Both the position numbers and the translations under genes were made by a program. A stretch of DNA of 64,000 nt from Eledone cirrhosa. Lineage: Eukaryota. This document shows positions 1 to 13,571 of the stretch, one piece after another. Every line of letters begins with the position of its first letter. Positions within the stretch are counted from its first letter, which is position 1. The DNA is taken from NCBI GenBank assembly GCA_964016885.1, contig OZ024756.1, forward strand, positions 7,130,001-7,194,000, read 5' to 3'. The notes beneath the pieces are model-generated. The model made no database searches. It was not told the origin of the DNA and saw only the letters and a list, made by a program, of their open reading frames with translations.

Positions 1-3000
1 ATCTGACGTTCTAACCACCCTACCATTCTATCTGACGTTCTAACCACTCTACCATTCTATCTGACGTTCTAACCACTCTACCATTCTATCTGACGTTCTA
101 ACCACCCTACCATTCTATCTGACGTTCTAACCACTCTACCATTCTATCTGACGTTCTAACCACTCTACCATTCTATCTGACGTTCTAACCACCCTACCAT
201 TCTATCTGACGTTCTAACCACCCTACCATTCTATCTGACGTTATAACCACTCTACCATTCTATCTGACGTTCTAACCACCCTACCATTCTATCTGACGTT
301 CTAACCACACTACCATTCTATCTGACGTTCTAACCACTCTACCATTCTATATGACGTTCTAACCACTCTACCATTCTATCTGACGTTCTAACCACTCTAC
401 CATTCTATCTGACGTTCTAACCACTCTGCCATTATATCAGACGTTCTAACCACTCTACCATTGTATCTGACGTTCTAACCACTCTACCATTCTATCTGAT
501 GTTCTAATGACTCTACCATTCTATCTGACGTTCTAACCACTCTACCATTCTATTTGACGTTCTAACCACTCTGCCATTCTATCTGACGTTCTAACCACTC
601 TACCATTCTATCTGATGTTCTAATGACTCTACCATTCTATCTGACGTTCTAACCACTCTACCATTCTATCTGACGTTCTAACCACTCTACCATTCTATCT
701 GACGTTCTAACGACTCTACCATTCTATCTGACGTTCTAACGACTCTACCATTCTATCTGACGTTCTAACCACTCTACCATTCTATCTGACGTTCTAACCA
801 CTCTACCATTCTATCTGACATTTTAACCGCTCTACCATTCTATCTGACATTCTAACCAGTCTACCATTCTATCTGACGTTCTAACCACCCTACCATTCTA
901 TCTGACGTTCTAACCACTCTACCATTCTGACGTTTTAACCACTCTGTCATTCTATCCGACGTTCTAACCACTCTACCATTCTATCTGACGTTCTAACCAC
1001 TCTACCATTCTATCTGACGTTCTAACCACTCTACCATTCTGACGTTCTAACCACTCTACCATTCTATGTGACGTTCTAACAACTCTACAATTCTATGTGA
1101 CGTTCTAATCACTCTACCATTCTATGTGACGTTCTAACAACTCGACCATTCTATCAGACGTTCTAACCACTCTCCCATTCTATGTGACGTTCTAACCTCT
1201 CTACCATTCTATCAGACGTTCTAACCACTCTACCATTCTATCTGACGTTCTAACCACTGTACCATTCTATCTGACGTTCTAACCACCCTACCATTCTATC
1301 TGACGTTCTAACCACTCTACCATTCTATCTGACGTTCTAACCACTCTACCATTCTATCTGAATTTCTAACCACTCTACCATTCTATCTGACGTTCTAACC
1401 ACTCTACCATTCTATCTGACGTTCTAACCACTCTACCATTCTATCTGACGTTCTAACCACCCTACCATTCTATCTGACGTTCTAACCACCCTACCATTCT
1501 ATCTGACGTTCTAACCACTCTACCATTCTATCTGACGTTCTAACCACCCTACCATTCTATCTGACGTTCTAACCACTCTACCATTCTATCTGACGTTCTA
1601 ACCACTCTACCATTCTATCTGACGTTCTAACCACTCTACCATTCTATCTGACGTTCTAACCACCCTACCATTCTATCTGACGTTCTAACCACTCTACCAT
1701 TCTATCTGACGTTCTAACCACTCTACCATTCTATCTGACGTTCTAACCACCCTACCATTCTATCTGACGTTCTAACCACTCTACCATTCTATCTGACGTT
1801 CTAACCACCCTACCATTCTATCTGACGTTCTAACCACACTACCATTCTATCTGACGTTCTAACCACTCTACCATTCTATATGACGTTCTAACCACTCTAC
1901 CATTCTATCTGACGTTCTAACCACCCTACCATTCTATCTGACGTTCTAACCACTCTGCCATTCTATCAGACGTTCTAACCACTCTACCATTCTATCTGAC
2001 GTTCTAACCACTCTACCATTCTATCTGATGTTCTAATGACTCTACCATTCTATCTGACGTTCTAACCACTCTACCATTCTATCTGACGTTCTAACCACTC
2101 TACCATTCTATCTGACGTTCTAACCACTCTACCATTCTATCTGATGTTCTAATGACTCTACCATTCTATCTGATGTTCTAACCACTCTACCATTCTATCT
2201 GACGTTCTAACCACTCTACCGTTCTATCTGACGTTCTAACGACTCTACCATTCTATCTGACGTTCTAACCACTCTACCATTCTATCTGACGTTCTAACCA
2301 CTCTACCATTCTATCTGACGTTCTAACGACTCTACCATTCTATCTGACGTTCTAACCACTCTACCATTCTATCTGACGTTCTAACCACTCTACCATTCTA
2401 TCTGACATTTTAACCACTCTACCATTCTATCTGACATTCTAACCAGTCTACCATTCTATCTGACGTTCTAACCACCCTACCATTCTATCTGACGTTCTAA
2501 CCACTCTACCATTCTGACGTTTTAACCACTCTATCATTCTATCCGACGTTCTAACCACTCTACCATTCTATCTGACGTTCTAACCACTCTACCATTCTAT
2601 CTGACGTTCTAACCACTCTACCATTCTGACGTTCTAACCACTCTACCATTCTATGTGACGTTCTAACAACTCTACAATTCTATGTGACGTTCTAATCACT
2701 CTACCATTCTATGTGACGTTCTAACAACTCGACCATTCTATCAGACGTTCTAACCACTCTACCACTCTACCATTATATATGACGTTCTAACCACTCTACC
2801 ATTCTATCCGACGTTCTAACCACTCTGCCATTCTATCCGACGTTCTAACAACTCTACCATTCTATCTGACGTTCTAATAACTCTACCATTCTATCTGACG
2901 TTCTAACCACTCTACTATTCTATCTGACGTTCTAACCACTCTACCATTCTATCTGACATTCTAACCAGTCTACCATTCTATCTGAGGTTCTAACCACTCT

Positions 3001-3320
3001 ACCATTCTATCTGACGTTCTAACCACTCTACCATTCTATCTGACGTTCTAACCACTCTACCATTCTATCTGACATTCTAACCAGTCTACCATTCTATCTG
3101 AGGTTCTAACCACTCTACCATTCTATCTGACGTTCTAACCACTCTACCATTCTATCTGACGTTCTAACTACTCTACCATTCTGACGTTTTAACCACTCTA
3201 CCATTCTATTCGACGTTCTAACCACTCTACCATTCTGACGTTCTAACGACTCTACCATTCTATCTGACGCTCTAATCACTCTACCATTCTATCTGAAGTT
3301 CTAACCACTCTGCCAATTCG
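1..3320. repeat. 29-bp tandem satellite (TCTGACGTTCTAACCACTCTACCATTCTA)n, array 1 (runs off the left edge)
   Basis: Directly visible tandem monomers with recurrent variants; the array ends in ...CCACTCTGCCAATTCG, the reverse complement of a SINE 5' end. Confidence 0.97.
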
Positions 3321-3519
3321 TAGCCTCGATCAGGGCACCCCCAAACGTAGAGTCCTTTTGAACTATAATCCGTGCTTGTTTAGCGCTTAGTTAGAGGTAA
3401 ATAAAACTACTACATCAACAGCTCTAGTAACATCTGTTCCTTTCTCCTTCATAACAAGAAGTCTTGCAAATTACTATATCTACGCTCTACCTGCCATTCT
3501 AATAGAAATGAATGTTCCC

Positions 3520-3825
3520 TATAGCGATTCAGGGGGAATCCTCTCTGCTGAATACTACAGGAAATAGCCACACCTCCCACCCTTTCTCCTTGTACTCTTG
3601 CAGATGTTCTCCGTATTTAGCCATCTTTCGCTCAAAGCTGTCGCCGCATTGTTCTTCTCACTTGATTGTGAGTTCAATCAGGAATGACGATTGTGTCAGG
3701 AATCTTCTCAGCCGATCTCAACAGGAAATACCTACATCTCATCCTTTCTCATTGCACTCCCGTACAAGTGATATTTGTCACTCTTTCGCTCAAAGGTGGT
3801 GCCGCTTCTTCTTCCTGCGTGACAG
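3520..3825 (-). pseudogene. Decayed restriction-like endonuclease (RLE) region of a HERO/NeSL-type non-LTR retrotransposon (copied at ~7357-7662)
   Basis: Minus-strand translation LIELTIK*EEQCGDSFERKMAKYGEHLQEYKEKGWEVWLFPV fits the ELTxPWEE..FERKxxKY..GW..FPVE pattern I recall for HERO-type RLEs. A second diverged FERK..KY..FPVEIG segment lies just upstream. Confidence 0.6.
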
Positions 3826-3827
3826 CA

Positions 3828-4110
3828 AATTATTCTTCTTCGCCCATTTGTTCCTGGTCGGGTCGCGGGTGAGGAGGCCCTAAATACACATTCCAGCAGG
3901 TCCTGTCAAAAGCATAAATCTCCAACTGATCAGGTTGGATCCCCAAGCAAGACCAGCGAAGCTCATGGATGTTACCCAACCATCTTGCTCAGGGTTTACA
4001 CTTGGGTCTCCAACCTGTTGGTTTTGATTCTTTCCTCAGACATTCTAACAACATGCCCAAGTATCGGAGCTTTGATCTCTCATTTGATTGGAGCTGTAAT
4101 CTGCAACTTC
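3828..4110 (-). mobile_element. 3' fragment of an RTE-clade LINE (copied at ~7665-7947)
   Basis: Minus strand reads RSKLRYLGHVVRMSEERI..RWLGNIHELRWSCLGIQPDQ and ends in GAAGAAGAATAAT; homologous to 11225-11655. Confidence 0.7.
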
Positions 4111-4429
4111 ATTTAAGATTATATGTTTCACCTTTACAGATCACAAAACCACACATATACCTTCAGTGTTATTTTCAGAACCTGGGAAAACTGCAAATTT
4201 TCTTCCGGGTGAAAACACTTATCCCACGGTAGGGTCATTTAGTAGTAGGCCAAATGTTGTTGTAATTGTTGTAAATGGCTACCCTCCTTCTCTCACTATG
4301 GTATGGTTTGGTCCATAGTATCGTAGGGGCACCGTAATGACATACGGCGTTTCTTTGGCATTTTAAACCTGGCGGAGCCCATCCATCCCTCTCCAGGCCC
4401 GAGTACAGCAGATTTGTTCCAGAAAGAGG

Positions 4430-4545
4430 AAGAATCTGGTGCTTTTTTTATCGACCTCAAAAGGATGAAAGGAAAAGTTGACCTCGGCGTGATTTGAACT
4501 TAGCGAGCTGGAAGAAATACGATAAATGATTCGATCCGACGTTCT
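4430..4545 (-). mobile_element. tRNA-derived SINE body whose head is expanded into satellite array 2
   Basis: TTTTATCGACCTC..GGATGAAAGG..GTTGACCTCGGCG..TTTGAACT (core plus B box, reverse complement) runs directly into the 29-bp array. Confidence 0.8.
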
Positions 4546-7157
4546 AACGACTCTACCATTCTATCTGACGTTCTAACGACTCTACCATTCTATCTGACGT
4601 TCTAACCACTCTACCATTCTATCTGACGTTCTAACCACTCTACCATTCTATCTGACATTTTAACCGCTCTACCATTCTATCTGACATTCTAACCAGTCTA
4701 CCATTCTATCTGACGTTCTAACCACCCTACCATTCTATCTGACGTTCTAACCACTCTACCATTCTGACGTTTTAACCACTCTGTCATTCTATCCGACGTT
4801 CTAACCACTCTACCATTCTATCTGACGTTCTAACCACTCTACCATTCTATCTGACGTTCTAACCACTCTACCATTCTGACGTTCTAACCACTCTACCATT
4901 CTATGTGACGTTCTAACAACTCTACAATTCTATGTGACGTTCTAATCACTCTACCATTCTATGTGACGTTCTAACAACTCGACCATTCTATCAGACGTTC
5001 TAACCACTCTCCCATTCTATGTGACGTTCTAACCTCTCTACCATTCTATCAGACGTTCTAACCACTCTACCATTCTATCTGACGTTCTAACCACTGTACC
5101 ATTCTATCTGACGTTCTAACCACCCTACCATTCTATCTGACGTTCTAACCACTCTACCATTCTATCTGACGTTCTAACCACTCTACCATTCTATCTGAAT
5201 TTCTAACCACTCTACCATTCTATCTGACGTTCTAACCACTCTACCATTCTATCTGACGTTCTAACCACTCTACCATTCTATCTGACGTTCTAACCACCCT
5301 ACCATTCTATCTGACGTTCTAACCACCCTACCATTCTATCTGACGTTCTAACCACTCTACCATTCTATCTGACGTTCTAACCACCCTACCATTCTATCTG
5401 ACGTTCTAACCACTCTACCATTCTATCTGACGTTCTAACCACTCTACCATTCTATCTGACGTTCTAACCACTCTACCATTCTATCTGACGTTCTAACCAC
5501 CCTACCATTCTATCTGACGTTCTAACCACTCTACCATTCTATCTGACGTTCTAACCACTCTACCATTCTATCTGACGTTCTAACCACCCTACCATTCTAT
5601 CTGACGTTCTAACCACTCTACCATTCTATCTGACGTTCTAACCACCCTACCATTCTATCTGACGTTCTAACCACACTACCATTCTATCTGACGTTCTAAC
5701 CACTCTACCATTCTATATGACGTTCTAACCACTCTACCATTCTATCTGACGTTCTAACCACCCTACCATTCTATCTGACGTTCTAACCACTCTGCCATTC
5801 TATCAGACGTTCTAACCACTCTACCATTCTATCTGACGTTCTAACCACTCTACCATTCTATCTGATGTTCTAATGACTCTACCATTCTATCTGACGTTCT
5901 AACCACTCTACCATTCTATCTGACGTTCTAACCACTCTACCATTCTATCTGACGTTCTAACCACTCTACCATTCTATCTGATGTTCTAATGACTCTACCA
6001 TTCTATCTGATGTTCTAACCACTCTACCATTCTATCTGACGTTCTAACCACTCTACCGTTCTATCTGACGTTCTAACGACTCTACCATTCTATCTGACGT
6101 TCTAACCACTCTACCATTCTATCTGACGTTCTAACCACTCTACCATTCTATCTGACGTTCTAACGACTCTACCATTCTATCTGACGTTCTAACCACTCTA
6201 CCATTCTATCTGACGTTCTAACCACTCTACCATTCTATCTGACATTTTAACCACTCTACCATTCTATCTGACATTCTAACCAGTCTACCATTCTATCTGA
6301 CGTTCTAACCACCCTACCATTCTATCTGACGTTCTAACCACTCTACCATTCTGACGTTTTAACCACTCTATCATTCTATCCGACGTTCTAACCACTCTAC
6401 CATTCTATCTGACGTTCTAACCACTCTACCATTCTATCTGACGTTCTAACCACTCTACCATTCTGACGTTCTAACCACTCTACCATTCTATGTGACGTTC
6501 TAACAACTCTACAATTCTATGTGACGTTCTAATCACTCTACCATTCTATGTGACGTTCTAACAACTCGACCATTCTATCAGACGTTCTAACCACTCTACC
6601 ACTCTACCATTATATATGACGTTCTAACCACTCTACCATTCTATCCGACGTTCTAACCACTCTGCCATTCTATCCGACGTTCTAACAACTCTACCATTCT
6701 ATCTGACGTTCTAATAACTCTACCATTCTATCTGACGTTCTAACCACTCTACTATTCTATCTGACGTTCTAACCACTCTACCATTCTATCTGACATTCTA
6801 ACCAGTCTACCATTCTATCTGAGGTTCTAACCACTCTACCATTCTATCTGACGTTCTAACCACTCTACCATTCTATCTGACGTTCTAACCACTCTACCAT
6901 TCTATCTGACATTCTAACCAGTCTACCATTCTATCTGAGGTTCTAACCACTCTACCATTCTATCTGACGTTCTAACCACTCTACCATTCTATCTGACGTT
7001 CTAACTACTCTACCATTCTGACGTTTTAACCACTCTACCATTCTATTCGACGTTCTAACCACTCTACCATTCTGACGTTCTAACGACTCTACCATTCTAT
7101 CTGACGCTCTAATCACTCTACCATTCTATCTGAAGTTCTAACCACTCTGCCAATTCG
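4535..7157. repeat. 29-bp tandem satellite, array 2
   Basis: Same monomer and same order of variants as 701-3320, offset by 3837 bp. Confidence 0.97.
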
Positions 7158-8266
7158 TAGCCTCGATCAGGGCACCCCCAAACGTAGAGTCCTTTTGAAC
7201 TATAATCCGTGCTTGTTTAGCGCTTAGTTAGAGGTAAATAAAACTACTACATCAACAGCTCTAGTAACATCTGTTCCTTTCTCCTTCATAACAAGAAGTC
7301 TTGCAAATTACTATATCTACGCTCTACCTGCCATTCTAATAGAAATGAATGTTCCCTATAGCGATTCAGGGGGAATCCTCTCTGCTGAATACTACAGGAA
7401 ATAGCCACACCTCCCACCCTTTCTCCTTGTACTCTTGCAGATGTTCTCCGTATTTAGCCATCTTTCGCTCAAAGCTGTCGCCGCATTGTTCTTCTCACTT
7501 GATTGTGAGTTCAATCAGGAATGACGATTGTGTCAGGAATCTTCTCAGCCGATCTCAACAGGAAATACCTACATCTCATCCTTTCTCATTGCACTCCCGT
7601 ACAAGTGATATTTGTCACTCTTTCGCTCAAAGGTGGTGCCGCTTCTTCTTCCTGCGTGACAGCAAATTATTCTTCTTCGCCCATTTGTTCCTGGTCGGGT
7701 CGCGGGTGAGGAGGCCCTAAATACACATTCCAGCAGGTCCTGTCAAAAGCATAAATCTCCAACTGATCAGGTTGGATCCCCAAGCAAGACCAGCGAAGCT
7801 CATGGATGTTACCCAACCATCTTGCTCAGGGTTTACACTTGGGTCTCCAACCTGTTGGTTTTGATTCTTTCCTCAGACATTCTAACAACATGCCCAAGTA
7901 TCGGAGCTTTGATCTCTCATTTGATTGGAGCTGTAATCTGCAACTTCATTTAAGATTATATGTTTCACCTTTACAGATCACAAAACCACACATATACCTT
8001 CAGTGTTATTTTCAGAACCTGGGAAAACTGCAAATTTTCTTCCGGGTGAAAACACTTATCCCACGGTAGGGTCATTTAGTAGTAGGCCAAATGTTGTTGT
8101 AATTGTTGTAAATGGCTACCCTCCTTCTCTCACTATGGTATGGTTTGGTCCATAGTATCGTAGGGGCACCGTAATGACATACGGCGTTTCTTTGGCATTT
8201 TAAACCTGGCGGAGCCCATCCATCCCTCTCCAGGCCCGAGTACAGCAGATTTGTTCCAGAAAGAGG

Positions 8267-8405
8267 AAGAATCTGGTGCTTTTTTTATCGACCTCAAAAG
8301 GATGAAAGGAAAAGTTGACCTCGGCGTGATTTGAACTTAGCGAGCTGGAAGAAATACGATAAATGATTCGATCCGACGTTCTAACGACTCGGCCAATTCG
8401 CCACC
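8267..8405 (-). mobile_element. Same SINE with an unexpanded head
   Basis: Body identical to 4430-4545, followed by one monomer and GGCCAATTCGCCACC (rc GGTGGCGAATTGGCCGAGTCGTTAGAACGTCGGA, a tRNA-like A-box region). Confidence 0.85.
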
Positions 8406-8814
8406 CATTCTCTCACCATACCTATATTTAATTTATATATAACACCGACATGCTATTTTATATATCATGCCTGTGAGAGTGAAAGAAAATCACGTTTTAC
8501 CAAACATGAATATCCTTTACACTGCAGTTATCTTATTCGTGTTACAACCTCCCAGCGCCACCCTTGCCTCTATACTTCCGGTTCCATCTTGACATAATAC
8601 AGCAACATGACTATAAATACATTGTTACATTTTTCTCTATTACAATACATAAGATTAAACATGTTCTGCCACAGTAATTGTCCTTAGAGTTGCTCATCTT
8701 ACAAATATTGTTTATCTTTGTTTCTCAGTTTTGATTTATTTTTCGGCGGGGTGGGGGGGTTTATTGTTATGTTAATACACTTGCTATTGTTTTAGTAATC
8801 TCCTCCCCGACAGC

Positions 8815-9500
8815 AGCCACACTCAGCTCCCCAACCCGCCACCATAATAAGCTCCCCAACCCGCCACCATACTAAGCTCCCCAACCCGCCGCCACACTCA
8901 GCTCCCCAACCCGCCACAATACTCAGTTCCCCAACCCGCCACCATACTCATCTTCCTAATCCGCCGCCACACTCAGCTCCCCAACCCGCCACCACACTCA
9001 GCTCCCCAACCCGCCACCACACTCAGCTCCCCCCAACCCGCCGCCACACTCAGCTCCCCAACCCGCCGCCACACTCAGCTCCTGCCAGCCCGCCACCAAA
9101 CTCAGCTCCCGCCAACCCGCCACCACACTCATCTCTCCAACCCGCCACCAAACTCAGCTCCCGCCAACCCGCCACCACACTCATCTCTCCAACCCGCCGC
9201 CACACTCAGCTCCCCAACCCGCCACAATACTCAGTTCCCCAACCCGCAGCCACACTCATCTTCCTAGCCCGCCACCATACTCAGCTCCCCAACCCGCCAC
9301 CACACTCAGCTCCCCAACCCGCCACCACACTCAGCTCCCCCCAACCCGCCGCCACACTCAGCTCCCCAACCCGCCGCGACACTCAGCTCCCGCCAGCCCG
9401 CCACCAAACTCAGCTCCCGCCAACCCGCCACCACACTCATCTCTCCAACCCGCCGCCATACTCAGCTCCCCAACCCGCCGCCACACTCAGCTCACCCCGC
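8815..9500. repeat. ~25-bp C-rich minisatellite (CCACACTCAGCTCCCCAACCCGCCR)n
   Basis: Visible tandem repeats with variants; the minus strand is G-rich. Confidence 0.93.
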
Positions 9501-9865
9501 CCTCCTCTAGAATCACTCTTCTGTGTTCTAATTTCCACAGTAACCAACCATGAAATATAGTTTGCTATTATTACCACCATTGACCAATCACAGCACAGCT
9601 TAAACAGCCATTCATAGATCTCCTCCTCCTCCTCCTCCTCCCCCCTCCTCCTTCCATATTCCTATTTCACCATAACGCCATTAAATCTTCACGACTCTCT
9701 CACGGCTGCTGTAGGTAAATGAAGCTTTTAATACTTTTAGATACAGCTTCACACATTCAAACATATATGTTATGTCCGTTCATACATACAACATGCATGC
9801 ATGTGCGGTATATGCACCCCCCACCCCCCACCCCCCACCCCACCCACACACACAGATGTGTGTGA

Positions 9866-9956
9866 GAGGGAGAGAGAGAGAGAGAGAGAGAGAGGGAATG
9901 TTTCTTGAAAGGTATAGCGGCGGTGGTGAAAGATGAAGGCAAAGAAGAAGAAGAAG

Positions 9957-10027
<71 letters not shown>
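9866..10027. repeat. Compound microsatellite (GA)n, (AAG)n, (TAG)n
   Basis: Direct reading; explains the poly-T/S, poly-Y/F and poly-L ORFs. Confidence 0.97.
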
Positions 10028-10370
10028 AAGTGACATCTTTTTGAAACATGGCACCTTTCACTAAAATCGTGTTTCGCTGAACCAGCCTTACCCAACCAAT
10101 AAGTAAAATATAGAAAAATTAAATACATTCAAGATGGAAATAAGTAAGAAATTTTGTTTAAAATATTTCACTCGTCGTCTAAACTACATCTGGATTGTTA
10201 TGTTGAAGGGAAGAGAGATATTTGTGACATGATATGTGGACAATACAGAAAATATATTTTACAATCTAGCTCTGGATTATGGAAAAGAAAACGAAATTAT
10301 TTTCACACATTTATTTTTCTTTTCGCTTTTGTCTAAGGTTCTTATTCTACCATTCAGTATAATCTGAACA

Positions 10371-10542
10371 TAATTGTTTCTACTTTTGGCACAAGGCCAG
10401 CAATTATCCAGTGCATTACTGGTACTTTATTTTATCGACCCCGTAAGGATGAAAGGCAAAGTCAACCTCAGCGGGATTTGAACTCAGATCGTAAAGGGAC
10501 GTAACTATGCTGGAAAGCATGGAGTCCGACCCTCTACCGATA
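10371..10542 (-). mobile_element. tRNA-derived SINE, main family of the window
   Basis: Reverse complement of the family consensus ..CGGTAGAGGGTCGGAC..GAGTTCAAATCC..GCCTTTCATCCTTACGGGGTCGATAAAATAAAGTACCAG..GGCCTTGTGCCAAAAGTAGAAAC. Confidence 0.9.
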
Positions 10543-11224
10543 ATGGAATCAAATTTCCATTGTCACTGTCTCCGTCCCTCCCGCTCTCCCCATCTCTCAC
10601 TATTACGCTGCCCCGGTGAAGTGAGTAGGGACGTGTCCACAGACGATGGTAAGAGAGACCTGCTGGAAGAGCCGTTCCAGCTCACGAGGATCACCCCTTC
10701 GTGTAGCCAACTCAGTGCCGATGGTGGTGAGTATGGAGGTGGTTATTGGGCCAAGGACACTAGAAGTCTCCACTACTGCACGGTGCCGATGGTGATGAGT
10801 AAAGAAGTGGTGATTGGGCCAAGAAATCCCTGCTGCGGGCTCTATCGCAAACCAGTCGGAGAGCGACTGATCTAAGAAATTTATTTCGTTTTCTAATTGA
10901 TATTTGAAAGGAAAAATTAATTTAGATTGGGTTAAACGGGTTCATCTATTGACAACTAAACCTTTACAATAACTTTCAGGAATCGAAAATTAATCTATCA
11001 AAATCTTATTTTATATATTTCTTTCTCTGAAAGGTACTGGTGAGGTCACACGCAGAACAACAAATAATTATTGAATTTTCATATGCCTTAGAAATATATG
11101 TATTAGGGTATTGTAGTTATAAAATAAATATATATTACGTGTGAAACGGAGTTGTAATCTTTCCGCTACACCTTACGCTTTTTTCCTTCGAGTAGTCAAG
11201 CTATTTCACAATTTTGCTTCAGAA

Positions 11225-11655
11225 TTACCTATGGTCATGAATCTTGGGTAATGACCGACAGAATACCACTCCGAACACAAGGGGCCGAAATGGAATTCCT
11301 CTAAAGGGTCTTTGGAGTAACGTTACTCAATAAAATGCGTAGCTCGGAGATCAGAGAGTCACTCCAGCTGGACCCGCTACTTCTCCGAGTTGAGAGATCA
11401 CAGCTCCGATACTATGGACATGTGGTTAGAATGTCACAGGAAAGAATCGCTGGAGAGATTTTACGGACGAAACCAAACGACAGGAGACCCAGAGGTAGAC
11501 CCCGAGTAAGATGGTTGGATAACATCTATGAGTTTGGCTGGTCACGCTTGGGGATCCAGTCGGATCAGTTTGGAGACAGTTGCTTTTGGCAGTACCCGCT
11601 GTGAAGAGTGTTTGAGGACTCTGTCTCCACGACCCTCTCAAGAAGAAGAAAATAA
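11225..11655 (+). mobile_element. 3' fragment of an RTE-clade LINE (decayed)
   Basis: TYGHESWVMT..AEMEFL*RVFGVTL..MRSSEIRESL..ERSQLRYYGHVVRM..RPRGRPRVRW, the typical RTE C-terminus, followed by an (AAG)n tail. Confidence 0.85.
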
Positions 11656-12114
11656 TTTTATCTTTATTCAAGAATAAAGATTATCCATGAACAATATTAA
11701 ACCGAAGATGGCGCTTTAAAAATGTAATGTGCATGTATATATGTATGTGACTGTATATACATGTTATAGAAACTATTTGTTCGTTATAATTTCTAGTCGA
11801 AACAGCCCCAAGCTTGGTGTAGAGTTTGTCACTTTCTTCCCTTCCTCCTATCTTTCCTCAATTACCAAATAGTCCTTGCTCTTTCCCTAATTTTTTCTCA
11901 GTTATGGGTTTTATAGTCTTTTCCTTTACTTTCCTACCTTCTTCACCCGCTCCGCTTTTTTCTTTACTCAATTTTCATCATTGTATTACTTTTGTTTATA
12001 AAATATCTTAATTAGGAAATATCTTAATTATAAATATAGATATTCACAAAATGATTACTTTAATAGGTTTTACATTTTCCTTTAAAATAACTGTTAATAT
12101 CGTCGGAAAACATG

Positions 12115-12530
12115 CTTTATGGCATAGAATTATAGCTCTTTACGTTCTGTGTTTAAATCCACCCGAAGTTAGCTTTGCCTTTCATCCTTACGGGTTCGAT
12201 AAAATAAAATACCAGTAATGAACTGGGGTCGATTTATTCGACTGTCCCCTCCCCTGAAATTGTTGACCTTGTGCCTAAATCAGGAACTAATATCTAATGT
12301 TGATATTTCTACCCCAAAGAAATTATTATTTAAAGTAGGGCAGTGGGTTAGCAGTATCGGTAGAGGGTCGGACGCCATGCTTTCCAGCATAGTTACGTCC
12401 CTTTACGGCATCAGTTCAAATCCCGTCGAGGTTAACTTTGCCTTTCATCCTTACGGGGTCGATAAAATAAAGTACCAGTAATGTACGGGAGTGTTTGCTG
12501 GCCTTGTGCCAAAAGTAGAAACAATTATTT
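12115..12530 (+). mobile_element. Two SINE copies (~12115-12290 and ~12338-12530)
   Basis: Both contain GCCTTTCATCCTTACGGG(G/T)TCGATAAAATAAA-TACCAG; the second has the A and B boxes and the GTAGAAACAATTATT tail. Confidence 0.85.
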
Positions 12531-13571
12531 AAAGTAGATATATAGAAGTAAAATAGTCGGCTGTTGAAGAGAGTGGAGGATATACACCGTAACACGGCAG
12601 CCCGTGAAGAAGGAAAATAAGTTAAACTGACGATTTAAGATCGTAAAGGTAAAGGATGTAGGCAAGTTACAAAGAATGCCAATGAAATGAAATAAAAGTG
12701 AACACTCGCAGACGTAGAAAGATAGAAAGTAAAAGAAAAAAAAATGAAGAAAATATCAGGTTAACCACAACAAACTAATCCAATTGGAAAATATAAATAA
12801 AGGTAAAGAGAGCGGAACGGAGGAGAAAATACAAACATTCCATTTGACAAAGAAGTGAGAGGAGTTTCAAAACAAGAGTTTCAGTAAATGAGGGAATGAT
12901 TTTGAAGTATATTCTACCAGCAAATAATAAGTATGGAGATGTAATTATTAAATAGATCCACAGCTGAAAGAGAAACACGCCTGTAACCAATCAAAATGAT
13001 TCTAGTTTTGATATGGTTCAGCCATCTTTTTACTGTATTCTCTATTTAACATGAGCTAAAATGTAATTTGTTGATGCTAATAGAGGTGGGGGAAAATATA
13101 ATAATATAAAATAGAATAAAATAGAATAAAAACAGAAGACAAAGCAAAGTAAAATCAATTATATGAACGAAGAACAACGATACCAAAACATGGAGTAAAA
13201 GAAATTGGTTTCTATATGTTGACCGGTCATTGAGCTAGTAGTAAGTAAATGTTGAAATGAATGTTCGCAGACGATGTGTGTAACTAGCTCATTGATTGAC
13301 ATCTAATGAATTAAGCAGCCGCAGACGATGTGTCAGCAGCTAAACTTCTGTATTGACAGGTTAGATTACGAGAAAGAAAGAGCAACATCATAAGAAACAA
13401 AAGTTAAATGAATAAATTGCATGGATTCGCTTGAGAGACACCGGATATACAAACTGAGATCATTTCCCGTGACCACCTAGCGTTACAATTGGAAGTAAAA
13501 ATTATTAAATATAAGCCAATAAGTACTAAATATAACCTTAAACAGTTTTAAATGAGAATTAAGTACAATGA

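Larger units (their letters stand above)
701..8390. repeat. 3837-bp direct tandem duplication (satellite plus ~1.2-kb unique block)
   Basis: ORFs 3512/7349, 3684/7521 and 3969/7806 are identical and all offset by 3837; no differences were seen by eye. Confidence 0.93.

Noticed and set aside
1-7157. 29-bp repeats as a CRISPR array
   Set aside because: The monomers are contiguous with no unique spacers, no cas genes are present, and the context is eukaryotic.
10507-10875. 122-aa ORF as a host exon
   Set aside because: It starts inside a SINE, and I found no recognisable domain or splice evidence.
12560-13400. Possible ancient CR1-like RT remnant on the minus strand
   Set aside because: Only faint motif echoes are visible; too decayed to support by eye.
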